Virus record (IMG/VR): IMGVR_UViG_3300012080_000002
Length of the DNA: 45,761 nucleotides
Direction: 5' to 3' (one strand)
DNA from: a virus
Each line of letters begins with the position of its first letter. Positions within the stretch are counted from its first letter, which is position 1. Both the position numbers and the translations under genes were made by a program. Positions 15,870 to 24,001 of this stretch are shown one piece after another. The notes below the pieces were generated by a model. That model worked only from the letters and a program-made list of their open reading frames with translations, had not been told where the DNA came from and searched no databases.

Positions 15870-16727
15870 TTAATTATTCATATCTGAAAGGCCTGGGCTG
15901 TGTTCATTAGGCATTTCTGGCATAAGTGGTACTGGGAATCCTTGAGGAGGAGGAGTTACATTTAATTCTCCGCCATTCCTACTTGGCGTTTGGCCTTGGA
16001 ATATTTCACCCATACGTGTTGGGTCTAATCTGAAGTTAAATTGAGCATTGTGATAACCCATTTCAACAAATTTTCTACACTCAGGGTACTTATTGATATC
16101 GTAGTTTGGTACAGGGAACAGTTTTCCCCAATCAACACCTAAAGTTTCTAATGCTTTGGCAAATGCGTTTTGGTGCGCATTATCACGAACAATTAAGAAT
16201 GCGAGCGTTTCTCTAAAGGTCTGATTAGAACTCATTTCATAAATACGTGTTTTTTGAAGTACTCCAGTTGACTCAAGTACTAAATTATCTAATAAATCAG
16301 CAATGAGGTTGCCATGTGCATAAACCCACGATCCATTCCAAGGATTACCTGCGGCATCGACAGGTAATGAAGATTGTGCTCCCACAATGTAATGGTGAGG
16401 GTTTGCGTGTTTGATAGCCTCATCTAAAGGAGCTTGGTCCACACCATTATTACCAGGTGCCGAAGATTCCCCAGAATCATTTAGTAATTGGTTAATTGTA
16501 TTTTGCACAAGCTCTACGTGAGCAATTTCTTCTAAAAATACACCACGAAGTAAGTCGCGATATTGAGTTTCTTTACCTCTGAAATTTGAGCTTTGGAAGA
16601 AATATTGCATCATGGTTCTCATTTCACCATAATGACCACCAAGTATTTCTTGTAATACACGTGCTGCTTGAGGATCTGGTTTGTCAGGTTTAATAATGTT
16701 TATTAATTCTTCTTTGTAATAATACAT
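15870..16727 (-). CDS. manganese catalase (ferritin-like; YdbD/YjqC/CotJC family)
   Basis: PDPQAARVLQEILGGHYGEMRTMMQYFFQS...LEEIAHVELV is the typical Mn-catalase N-terminal signature. Confidence 0.85.
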   Translation of the reverse strand: MYYYKEELINIIKPDKPDPQAARVLQEILGGHYGEMRTMMQYFFQSSNFRGKETQYRDLLRGVFLEEIAHVELVQNTINQLLNDSGESSAPGNNGVDQAPLDEAIKHANPHHYIVGAQSSLPVDAAGNPWNGSWVYAHGNLIADLLDNLVLESTGVLQKTRIYEMSSNQTFRETLAFLIVRDNAHQNAFAKALETLGVDWGKLFPVPNYDINKYPECRKFVEMGYHNAQFNFRLDPTRMGEIFQGQTPSRNGGELNVTPPPQGFPVPLMPEMPNEHSPGLSDMNN

Positions 16728-16762
16728 TTAGTATTCCTCGATTCAGTGCGGAATTTTTAATA

Positions 16763-17272
16763 TTATTTTTCAGGATAATCTACGTGTAGTGGTGGTGGAA
16801 CTAACCAACCTTTATTTTTATTAAGGCGAAGCAGTTTGCCCCCAATTAGAGCTTTTGCTGCATGGAATTGACCATACATTAATGCTATATCTTCGCGGGT
16901 TGATGTACCCATTGCTTGGCTACATGCAACTAATCCAGCAGCTAGGTCTACTGACAGTGCAGCACTAATTTCTGGATCATTAAACTTTGCGCCTGCAGGA
17001 ATATCTTCCAATCTTGCTACAGGTCGTTCAGGTGGAGCAGGAGGTAAACCAATTCCATTAGTTTTTAGTATTTTTTCTAATTGTTTTACTTCATCCCTAC
17101 AAAGTTCGATTATATCTTCAATAATTTTTTTAAGATCTTCATCACCTGTGTGATTATAAAACGTTTGATAGCCAGCAATCATGCCGTAGTCTGTCATTAA
17201 TCCTGTCCAAACACTAAATACTTCACCATAATGCAATGGTTCATCTTTTGGATTTCCACCAAGAATACCCAT
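16763..17272 (-). CDS. DUF3231-like (ferritin-like, coat-associated family) protein
   Basis: PLHYGEVFSVWTGL...GIGLPPAPPERP pattern. It lies 36 nt upstream of the catalase gene, so an operon is probable. The start at 17272 is uncertain. Confidence 0.5.
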   Translation of the reverse strand: MGILGGNPKDEPLHYGEVFSVWTGLMTDYGMIAGYQTFYNHTGDEDLKKIIEDIIELCRDEVKQLEKILKTNGIGLPPAPPERPVARLEDIPAGAKFNDPEISAALSVDLAAGLVACSQAMGTSTREDIALMYGQFHAAKALIGGKLLRLNKNKGWLVPPPLHVDYPEK

Positions 17273-17391
17273 AATTACACATCCTTTTCTGTTTTTATTG
17301 CTATTTTTCAAACAAGGATAGTATGGTTGAAATTAAAAAATTAATTCAAAAAAATAAGGATTCAGCAATATGAGGAAAAATTGAAATAAAT

Positions 17392-17518
17392 GAGGGAGTT
17401 CGTGACGGTCAACCAATGCTATAACCTAAAATGTGCGGGCGACACACTCAATAATAATTTGCGCAGATAAAAGTCACTTATACATTAAAAAAGCCGCAGC
17501 GTCGTAACACGCTACAGC
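17392..17518 (-). repeat. X-element copy D, including a terminator hairpin (17487-17518)
   Basis: GAGGGAGTTCGTGACGGTCAACCAATGCTATAACC...TATACATTAAAAAAGCCGCAGCGT-cgtaac-ACGCTACAGC. Confidence 0.8.
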
Positions 17519-17587
17519 TCGAATTGGTTTATGCCCTTTTGAATAATGGCTTAGTCATACAAGCATTATATCATAGGGGGCAAAACT

Positions 17588-18007
17588 ATGTTAAAAGAGA
17601 AAACAGAATTAAATCGCTACCAACTAGACAAGGCAATCAAGAAGTACCATGACAACATGTGTAAATACATGAGAATGAAGGACGAGCTTGATTCATTAAC
17701 AGCTGCTGCATCTACAGCGCAATATGGAATTGAAGCAACAATGCCAAAAGCAGTTGGTGGCACAAGTGATCCAGTCCATGCACATGTGCAAATCAGAGCA
17801 GCGCGCGAGGTACGAATTAACAAGATTAAAGACGAGCTACTTTTGGTGCAAAATTTAACGAGCAAGGTAACTGGCGACATAGAGCAAGAAGTACTTTATT
17901 GGTTGCTAGAGGGCATGCCATTCCGTTGGATAGGGGCAAAGCTTAATATGAGCCATACAAGCGTACAACGAGTGCGAGAACGAGTTATTGATTTGATGAT
18001 GAAGTGA
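17588..18007 (+). CDS. ArpU-family late transcriptional regulator
   Basis: 139 aa with a C-terminal sigma region-4-like HTH (WIGAKLNMSHTSVQRVRERV). It sits at the early/late boundary. Confidence 0.65.
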   Translation: MLKEKTELNRYQLDKAIKKYHDNMCKYMRMKDELDSLTAAASTAQYGIEATMPKAVGGTSDPVHAHVQIRAAREVRINKIKDELLLVQNLTSKVTGDIEQEVLYWLLEGMPFRWIGAKLNMSHTSVQRVRERVIDLMMK

Positions 18008-18130
18008 CCTTCGGGTTGCTTCTTTTCTTTTTTGGCATGATTTTAGTAATTGCGCCTACAATAAACAAGGGGATGGATTTCTTAATTATCTTATTGAGTA
18101 TGAGGAGCATATAATGATTGAGGATGATTC

Positions 18131-18445
18131 ATGTATATTTTTAAATTAGGAGGTAAAGGCTTGGGTAAAGATAAAAATCAGAATCAATTAAATCAATCTC
18201 CTGAATCTATAGATATATACGTTGCTAAACTTACGTTTATCGGAGCTAGCATATCTACTCTTGGAGATGGCTTGCAAGCGATCGCAGCAGGTATTGCATT
18301 AGAGGCTTTAGAAAAAAAGGAACAATCAAATGATAAAAGTTCTCAAAGCCAGAATGGACAATCAAAACAGTTAGAAAAAATGCAAAAACAGATTGATGAT
18401 TTAATAAATGAATTAAATCAAGTGAAGAAAATGTTTAGGTGGTAA
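18131..18445 (+). CDS. hypothetical protein
   Basis: An alternative TTG start at 18161 follows AGGAGGT. The C-terminal KQIDDLINELNQVKK is shared in type with the next ORF. Confidence 0.5.
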   Translation: MYIFKLGGKGLGKDKNQNQLNQSPESIDIYVAKLTFIGASISTLGDGLQAIAAGIALEALEKKEQSNDKSSQSQNGQSKQLEKMQKQIDDLINELNQVKKMFRW

Positions 18446-18530
18446 TTTTTTTAAGATACTTCAAATCATATTTATTACATATTCCGATAAAATGTATTGG
18501 ATGTAATAAAAAATCATTAATTGGGGGATA

Positions 18531-18764
18531 GTGATGAGGGATAATCATATCTATAACTGGGATTTTAAAAATTTAAAAGCTGAAGGTATTGCTAAGGGAT
18601 TGGTTGAAATTTCAGAAGTCATGTACCAAATCAGTAATGAAATAAATAATATTTCTGTAGAGCATGCCAAGAAGGTAGATCAAAATACTATTAAAGCCAT
18701 TGAAAATTTGAAGAAACAGATTGATTTTTTAACCAAGGAAATAGATGAGATTAAAAGAACATAA
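18531..18764 (+). CDS. hypothetical protein
   Basis: The C-terminus contains KKQIDFLTKEIDEIKR. Confidence 0.5.
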   Translation: MMRDNHIYNWDFKNLKAEGIAKGLVEISEVMYQISNEINNISVEHAKKVDQNTIKAIENLKKQIDFLTKEIDEIKRT

Positions 18765-18846
18765 GATAATGTTAATTATAAAATAATATACACAACTACA
18801 AAAAAACTAATGAAATTTTAATATAATCACTAACTAATAACAAAGT

Positions 18847-18900
18847 TGTTCCAAATGTTACAAATGTGCCAAGTGTTACAAATGTTCCAGATGTTCCAAA
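18847..18900. repeat. six tandem 9-bp repeats of consensus TGTTNCAAA
   Basis: TGTTCCAAA TGTTACAAA TGTGCCAAG TGTTACAAA TGTTCCAGA TGTTCCAAA. No startable ORF covers them on either strand. Confidence 0.9.
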
Positions 18901-19285
18901 CGTATCATTTTGGATAGGTTGCGATGTAAACTAAAGGGGAGGTCGGACAGGTAAATGTTTCTTCCCTTGGTATTTATGAAATACTAAATATTAGGTAAAG
19001 ACAGACCGACGACCGACCTGCGCTTGTCAGATTAGTCCGGAGCGCGACATACATGGCCGGCCCATATATTTAAAAAGATTAGGTATCTTAATTAATATAA
19101 AGGGCTAAAAACGGAATAAGGAGTGGTTATTATGTGAACTTCGTCCACTTTCCATTTTGATCAGTCAAACTTACTAAAAGTGCACGGAAATGCACGAAAA
19201 CAATTCGATACAATAATTAACGTGGAGAAGAAGCTCTACCACGGTTGCTAGAAGCGAGCTAACTCGACATTTACCACAGTAAAAA

Positions 19286-19316
19286 GCCTTCATCAATATG
19301 ATGGGGCTTTTTGTTT
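19286..19316 (+). terminator. intrinsic terminator (plus strand)
   Basis: GCCTTCATC-aatat-GATGGGGC with G-U pairs, then TTTTTGTTT. It would be mismatched on the minus strand. Confidence 0.6.
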
Positions 19317-19485
19317 ACCTGTATTTTATACATTACATAGGTAATAAAGTATGTTTATTTATTTTTTGTAAGTATTACGTTTAGTTGTCTTGTCACCCCA
19401 ATTAATCAAATATATCTAAATGAATTGTCAGAAAATATAAATATATTGTATGATGAGTAAAAATTTGAGAAATTGAGGTGATTTA

Positions 19486-19644
19486 ATGGGTAAACCAGTA
19501 GATTGTAATCTTTTTCCATCCTATCAAGACTCACTAGATTCCAGACTAGAGGAACGTAAAGAAGAATATATTGTAGAACTTGAAAAAGTAAAAAACGAGG
19601 GTGTTGTATTACGATTTGAAAAAACTACTGAATTACCCCCTTAA
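19486..19644 (+). CDS. 52-aa hypothetical protein
   Basis: GAGGTGA RBS. A terminator lies at 19653-19680. Confidence 0.45.
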   Translation: MGKPVDCNLFPSYQDSLDSRLEERKEEYIVELEKVKNEGVVLRFEKTTELPP

Positions 19645-19814
19645 ATATTTTAGTACCTCTCATTGAGGTGCTTTTTCTTTTGCTTTGAAAACTGCATCAA
19701 ACAGCCAAAACGCTTTGTGTCGAGATGGTAGAGATTGGTGTGGTTTTGAGAGCAAAAAGTTATTACATATATTTCATCTTCTGGTTTATGATTGGTTAGT
19801 TAGGAGGTGAGATT

Positions 19815-20054
19815 ATGGATAAATATATTATGAAATTTTATTTAGATAATGGCAAGGAGGTTTCTACACCAGAATATGAAGCTGATTCATATCAAGAGGT
19901 GTTTGAGAAATTTTATAAAGTAGATGATTTAACAAGGATGATAATTTTAGAACTAGGAACAGATACAATTTTTATTCCTATGAGCAAAATTTGTAATATG
20001 AAAGTAATTAATTTAACTGCTACGGAAAAGGAAGCTATAAAAAACCACTTTTAA
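19815..20054 (+). CDS. hypothetical protein
   Basis: AGGAGGTGA RBS. Terminator AAACCACTC-gctt-GAGTGGTTT at 20062-20090. Confidence 0.6.
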   Translation: MDKYIMKFYLDNGKEVSTPEYEADSYQEVFEKFYKVDDLTRMIILELGTDTIFIPMSKICNMKVINLTATEKEAIKNHF

Positions 20055-20218
20055 TGTTTACAAACCACTCGCTTGAGTGGTTTTTCTTTTGTTCTGAAAA
20101 GTGATTATCGAGGAGAGCTCTCCTTGCTGCTGAACGACCGGTACTTACTGTTGAATGTAAAATTATATTAGTGTAATAGATTCCCATTTGAATTATGATA
20201 GGGTGGGAGGCGAAATAA

Positions 20219-20674
20219 ATGGTAACTTATGATTTGGGTAGTATAGCAGATTGGTTAGTAGCTTTTGGAACGATTTCTGCAGTATTTGTAGCTTTGTATT
20301 TATCAAGAAGAGATGAGAAACCGAGGGCGAGGGTAAAATCGACAGTAAGTTATGGTGTCACTTATGCGGGAGAAATGACTGCCCACCCATAGCAAATTTC
20401 GATGGAGATAGTAAACACCGGTAAAGTGCCGATTCATCTAGTAGAATGCACTATCAGTCCGAGTAAGTTCAGCAAACAAAGGTTGTATTTTCCTGACGAA
20501 AGTCATAAGGTGAAAAAACTTATTAATCCTGGGGAATTTTATGAACATGCATTAGATTACGAGCCTGTTTATAAATATCTGAAGTCAAAGAATTTGAAGC
20601 GTTTAAAAACATATATGTTCTTTAGGGATTCACTAGACAATAGGTATAAATTTAAAGTTATATTGAGAACATAA
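20219..20674 (+). pseudogene. membrane-anchored protein interrupted by one in-frame TAG (20390-20392)
   Basis: A 57-codon ORF (TM helix WLVAFGTISAVFVALYL, GGGAGG RBS) and the 90-aa ORF at 20402 are in the same frame. They are separated by TAG plus 3 codons. A terminator lies at 20674-20700. Confidence 0.5.
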
Positions 20675-20722
20675 ACATCCTTCGGGGTGTTTTTTATTTT
20701 ACAAAGCAACTAGCATAATGGG

Positions 20723-21226
20723 GTGATGCCATTGATTGAAAGTAAATTAACAGTAAAACAACAAGCGTTTGCTGATTTCTATATTGAGCTAGGGAATGCC
20801 ACAGAAGCTTATTTAAAGGCATATCCGAATGTTAAGAAGGAAGCGACAGCGAGGGCAGCGGGAAGTCGAATGTTAACAAATGTTAGCGTGAAAGCTTATA
20901 TAGAAAATCGCATGGAGGAATTAAAAACAGAGCGAGTAGCAGATCAGCAAGAAATATTAGAATTGCTAACGGCTATTGCAAGGGGCGAGACAACTTCGGC
21001 AACTTTACGTGGTATTGGTGAAGGTGCACAAACAATAGATGAAGATATGCCTCCTACTACTGCCGAACGTATTAAAGCTGCTGAATTACTTGGCAAACGT
21101 TTCAGTATGTGGACGGACAAACAACAGGTTGATGTCAATGGTTCCGTTACTACTAAAGTAGATTTCAGCGGATTAACCACAGAGGAGTTGAGAGCAATTG
21201 CCAACTCTAAGCAAAGAGAAGATTGA
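20723..21226 (+). CDS. terS: terminase small subunit
   Basis: LTVKQQAFADFYIELGNATEAYLKAYP is typical of the Terminase_2 family. The exact start (20723, 20726 or 20732) is uncertain. Confidence 0.8.
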   Translation: MMPLIESKLTVKQQAFADFYIELGNATEAYLKAYPNVKKEATARAAGSRMLTNVSVKAYIENRMEELKTERVADQQEILELLTAIARGETTSATLRGIGEGAQTIDEDMPPTTAERIKAAELLGKRFSMWTDKQQVDVNGSVTTKVDFSGLTTEELRAIANSKQRED

Positions 21227-22658
21227 TGCCTTAGCTATAGAAGCTAGAAAAGAGCTTGCTCGTCGCTCTTATCATGATTATGTGGAATATGTACATCATG
21301 GTCATTATCAGCATTATCCTCACACAAAAATCGTTTGTGATGAATTACAGAGAATAGCTGATGGGAAGCAAAAGTTTATTCTAATCGAAATGCCACCTCG
21401 TCATGGCAAGTCAATGACAGTAACTGAATCTTTCCCAAGCTACTATATCGGTCGTAACCCAGATAAACGAGTTATTACTGCTGCATATTCTGACGGATTA
21501 GCTACTAAGTTCGGGCGTATGAATCGTAATAAGTTCAATGAATTTGCGCCTGAACTATTTGACATAAAGTTATCTGAGGCGAATGCAGCTAATAAAGATT
21601 GGGGTGTGTCAGAACGGCGCGGTGGAATGATTAGTACAGGAATTGGAGGTTCTATTACTGGTCAAGGTGCAGACTTGATGATTATTGATGACCCTATCAA
21701 AAATATGAAAGAAGCAAGCTCGCAGTTAATCCGAGATAATATTTGGGATGAATGGGAAGCAACTCTTTCTACACGTTTACATGATGGTGCGTCTGTTATT
21801 GTCATTATGACACGCTGGCATGAAGATGACCTAATTGGTCGCTTACTTGTACGTAGCCCTCGTAATTGGGTTCGGTTACGTTTGCCAGCATTAGCAGAAG
21901 ATGAAGATGATTTGCTAGGACGTGCTCCTGGCGAACCATTATGTCGGGAATTAGGTTTTGATGAGCAATGGGCTGCGGATAAAAAAGCAGAGGTTGGTAG
22001 TCGTACATGGAATGCATTATACCAACAAAGACCTTCACCAGCGGGTGGTTCCATCTTCAAGCGTGAATGGATACGGTATTTTGTCCGAACCGAGGAACAA
22101 AAGCGAGAGTGGGGCTTAAGTGATGACGTTGTAGTGTTACCTATTCATTTTGATAAGATGGCGCAATCATGGGATTGTACATTTAAAGGTACTGATACAA
22201 GCGACTTTGTAGCTGGTGGCGTTTGGGCAAGGAAGAAAGCTCAATACTTCTTACTGGATATTGACCACAGGCGCATGGGCTTTGCTGATACGATGAAAGC
22301 TATTCGCGCAATGTCTGATAAGTGGCCTAACGCACGAAGTAAATATATTGAGGATAAAGCAAACGGTTCAGCTATAATCGAAATGTTAAAAGATGAGATT
22401 AGTGGAATCGTTCCGGTTGATCCCGAAGGTGGTAAGGAGGCACGTGCAAATGCGGTGTCTCCTTTATTTGAGTCTGGAAACGTTTATCTACCGCATCCAA
22501 ATATGTGCTCATGGGTTGAGGACTTAGAAGAGGAACTTGTTTCCTTCCCTAACGCTGCACATGATGACTTAGTGGATATGACAACCCAAGCATTGAATCA
22601 GCTTTATACAAATAACGCTAATCCACTAGATCGTTATCAAAGGTTATTAGGAAGGTAG
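21198..22658 (+). CDS. terL: terminase large subunit
   Basis: P-loop PRHGKS, Walker B LMIIDDP and MTRWHEDD motifs. Confidence 0.9.
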   Translation: MPTLSKEKIDALAIEARKELARRSYHDYVEYVHHGHYQHYPHTKIVCDELQRIADGKQKFILIEMPPRHGKSMTVTESFPSYYIGRNPDKRVITAAYSDGLATKFGRMNRNKFNEFAPELFDIKLSEANAANKDWGVSERRGGMISTGIGGSITGQGADLMIIDDPIKNMKEASSQLIRDNIWDEWEATLSTRLHDGASVIVIMTRWHEDDLIGRLLVRSPRNWVRLRLPALAEDEDDLLGRAPGEPLCRELGFDEQWAADKKAEVGSRTWNALYQQRPSPAGGSIFKREWIRYFVRTEEQKREWGLSDDVVVLPIHFDKMAQSWDCTFKGTDTSDFVAGGVWARKKAQYFLLDIDHRRMGFADTMKAIRAMSDKWPNARSKYIEDKANGSAIIEMLKDEISGIVPVDPEGGKEARANAVSPLFESGNVYLPHPNMCSWVEDLEEELVSFPNAAHDDLVDMTTQALNQLYTNNANPLDRYQRLLGR

Positions 22659-22666
22659 GTGAGAAT

Positions 22667-24001
22667 ATGAAATTACTAGACAAAGTAAAGGAAATGCGCA
22701 ACGACTTTATGCAGGGTAACGGCAAGGCTAATAAAAAAGATAAATTGACCAGACAGGTAGCTGGTGTTGGTCGAAAGCTAACACATGATGAAATAACAAA
22801 CTTATACGGTGACAGCCGCATTGTGCAAAATATCATTGATATTCCAGCGGAGGATATGACACGTAACTGGTTTACTCTCCGCATGAAAGATGAAAAATTG
22901 GCACGTGACATAATGAGTAAGTTAGCAGATTTAAACGCAAAGAAAGCATTTAAAGAAATGTTCACTTATGATCGTCTTCGTGGAGATGGTTTTATTAGTT
23001 TAGGCGTGACACAAGCTGGTAAGTTCGATTTAAGTGAAGAGTTGAAAATGGATAAATTACATTCCGTAGATTATTTGCATGCGTTCAGTTCGTTGAAAGT
23101 AAATGAATTTTTGATTAATGAGGATGTATTTGATATTAAATACGGTCAATTAGAACTATTACGCATTAATCGAGCATCTAGCCACGGAGCGCAGACGCAA
23201 ACAACGGAATCGTCTATACACATCTCTCGCTTGCTCCACAGCCAGACAAGGTGTATGGAAGGAGAAGCACAAGGGCGCTCTCTTTTAGAGCCTTTATATG
23301 ATATTCTAACGGTCTTTGACACATCTGTTTGGTCAGTTGGTCAGATTTTGCATGATTTCACCTTTAAAGTGTATAAATCTAAAGATATTGAGAACTTATC
23401 ATCACAGGATAAGCAGCAACTATCTATGATTATGGACTATATGTTCCGTACTGAAGCTCTTGCGATGATTGCAGAGGGTGAAGAACTAAAGAAAGAAACA
23501 ACCTCAGTCGGTGGCATCAATTACTTGTTGGATTATGTTTGGGACCTATTAGCCGGTGCTGCACGTATGCCGAAAACAGTTATTAAAGGTCAAGAGTCAG
23601 GTACTATCGCCGGTGCGCAGTATGATGTGATGAACTATTATTCTCGCATTGTAGCCGACCAAGAGAACGAAATGAAGCCGCATTTAGAAAAGCTTGTTCG
23701 TATGTTGTTAATGGCCGAAAAAGAGCTTGGTGGAAGTATTGACCCCGAATCATTGGAATGGGAGATTCAATTCAATCCTTTATGGAACGTGGATGCTAAA
23801 ACAGATGCAGAAATCCGTAAGTTAGTTGCTGAAACAGATCAGATTTATTTACTAAATAATATTGTTACTGCTGATGAACTTCGAGAGGCTCGTTTTGGTC
23901 AGTTTGGCTTATCTGAAACACTAAAGTTTAGTGGTGACGAAGCAGACCTAAAAGCGTTAGCAGACAGCGTGTATAAAGGTAGGGTTGGTGCAAATGGCTA
24001 A
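22667..24001 (+). CDS. portal protein
   Basis: 444 aa, lying between terL and a MuF-like gene. Confidence 0.8.
   Translation: MKLLDKVKEMRNDFMQGNGKANKKDKLTRQVAGVGRKLTHDEITNLYGDSRIVQNIIDIPAEDMTRNWFTLRMKDEKLARDIMSKLADLNAKKAFKEMFTYDRLRGDGFISLGVTQAGKFDLSEELKMDKLHSVDYLHAFSSLKVNEFLINEDVFDIKYGQLELLRINRASSHGAQTQTTESSIHISRLLHSQTRCMEGEAQGRSLLEPLYDILTVFDTSVWSVGQILHDFTFKVYKSKDIENLSSQDKQQLSMIMDYMFRTEALAMIAEGEELKKETTSVGGINYLLDYVWDLLAGAARMPKTVIKGQESGTIAGAQYDVMNYYSRIVADQENEMKPHLEKLVRMLLMAEKELGGSIDPESLEWEIQFNPLWNVDAKTDAEIRKLVAETDQIYLLNNIVTADELREARFGQFGLSETLKFSGDEADLKALADSVYKGRVGANG

Noticed and set aside
18847-18900. Tandem 9-bp repeats considered as a CRISPR array or a type III (ToxI-like) antitoxin array
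   Set aside because: The units are contiguous with no spacers, and at 9 bp they are far shorter than CRISPR repeats or ToxI-type repeats of about 36 nt. No cas or toxN-like gene is adjacent.
18935-19075. GC-rich patch considered as a tRNA or tmRNA gene
   Set aside because: I could not fit a cloverleaf. There is no T-loop GGTTCGAATCC-type sequence and no matching 7-bp acceptor stem.
21662-22965. Minus-strand ORFs 21662-22060, 21805-22038 and 22618-22965
   Set aside because: They are antisense shadows inside the terminase large subunit and portal genes. They have no initiation signals. The same reasoning applies to 1160-1360, 1232-1420, 1784-1969, 2833-3078, 4409-4606, 6289-6534, 8904-9161, 9486-9674, 10143-10355, 14543-14821, 17617-17880, 20944-21204, 24149-24545, 25943-26155, 27885-28265, 28424-28735, 30433-30621, 30910-31149, 31212-31394, 32466-33002, 33817-34062, 33965-34153, 34256-34444, 34893-35108, 35636-35857, 36201-36386, 36699-36884, 37617-37823, 38437-38658, 39240-39470, 39444-39656, 41341-41589 and 45232-45450.
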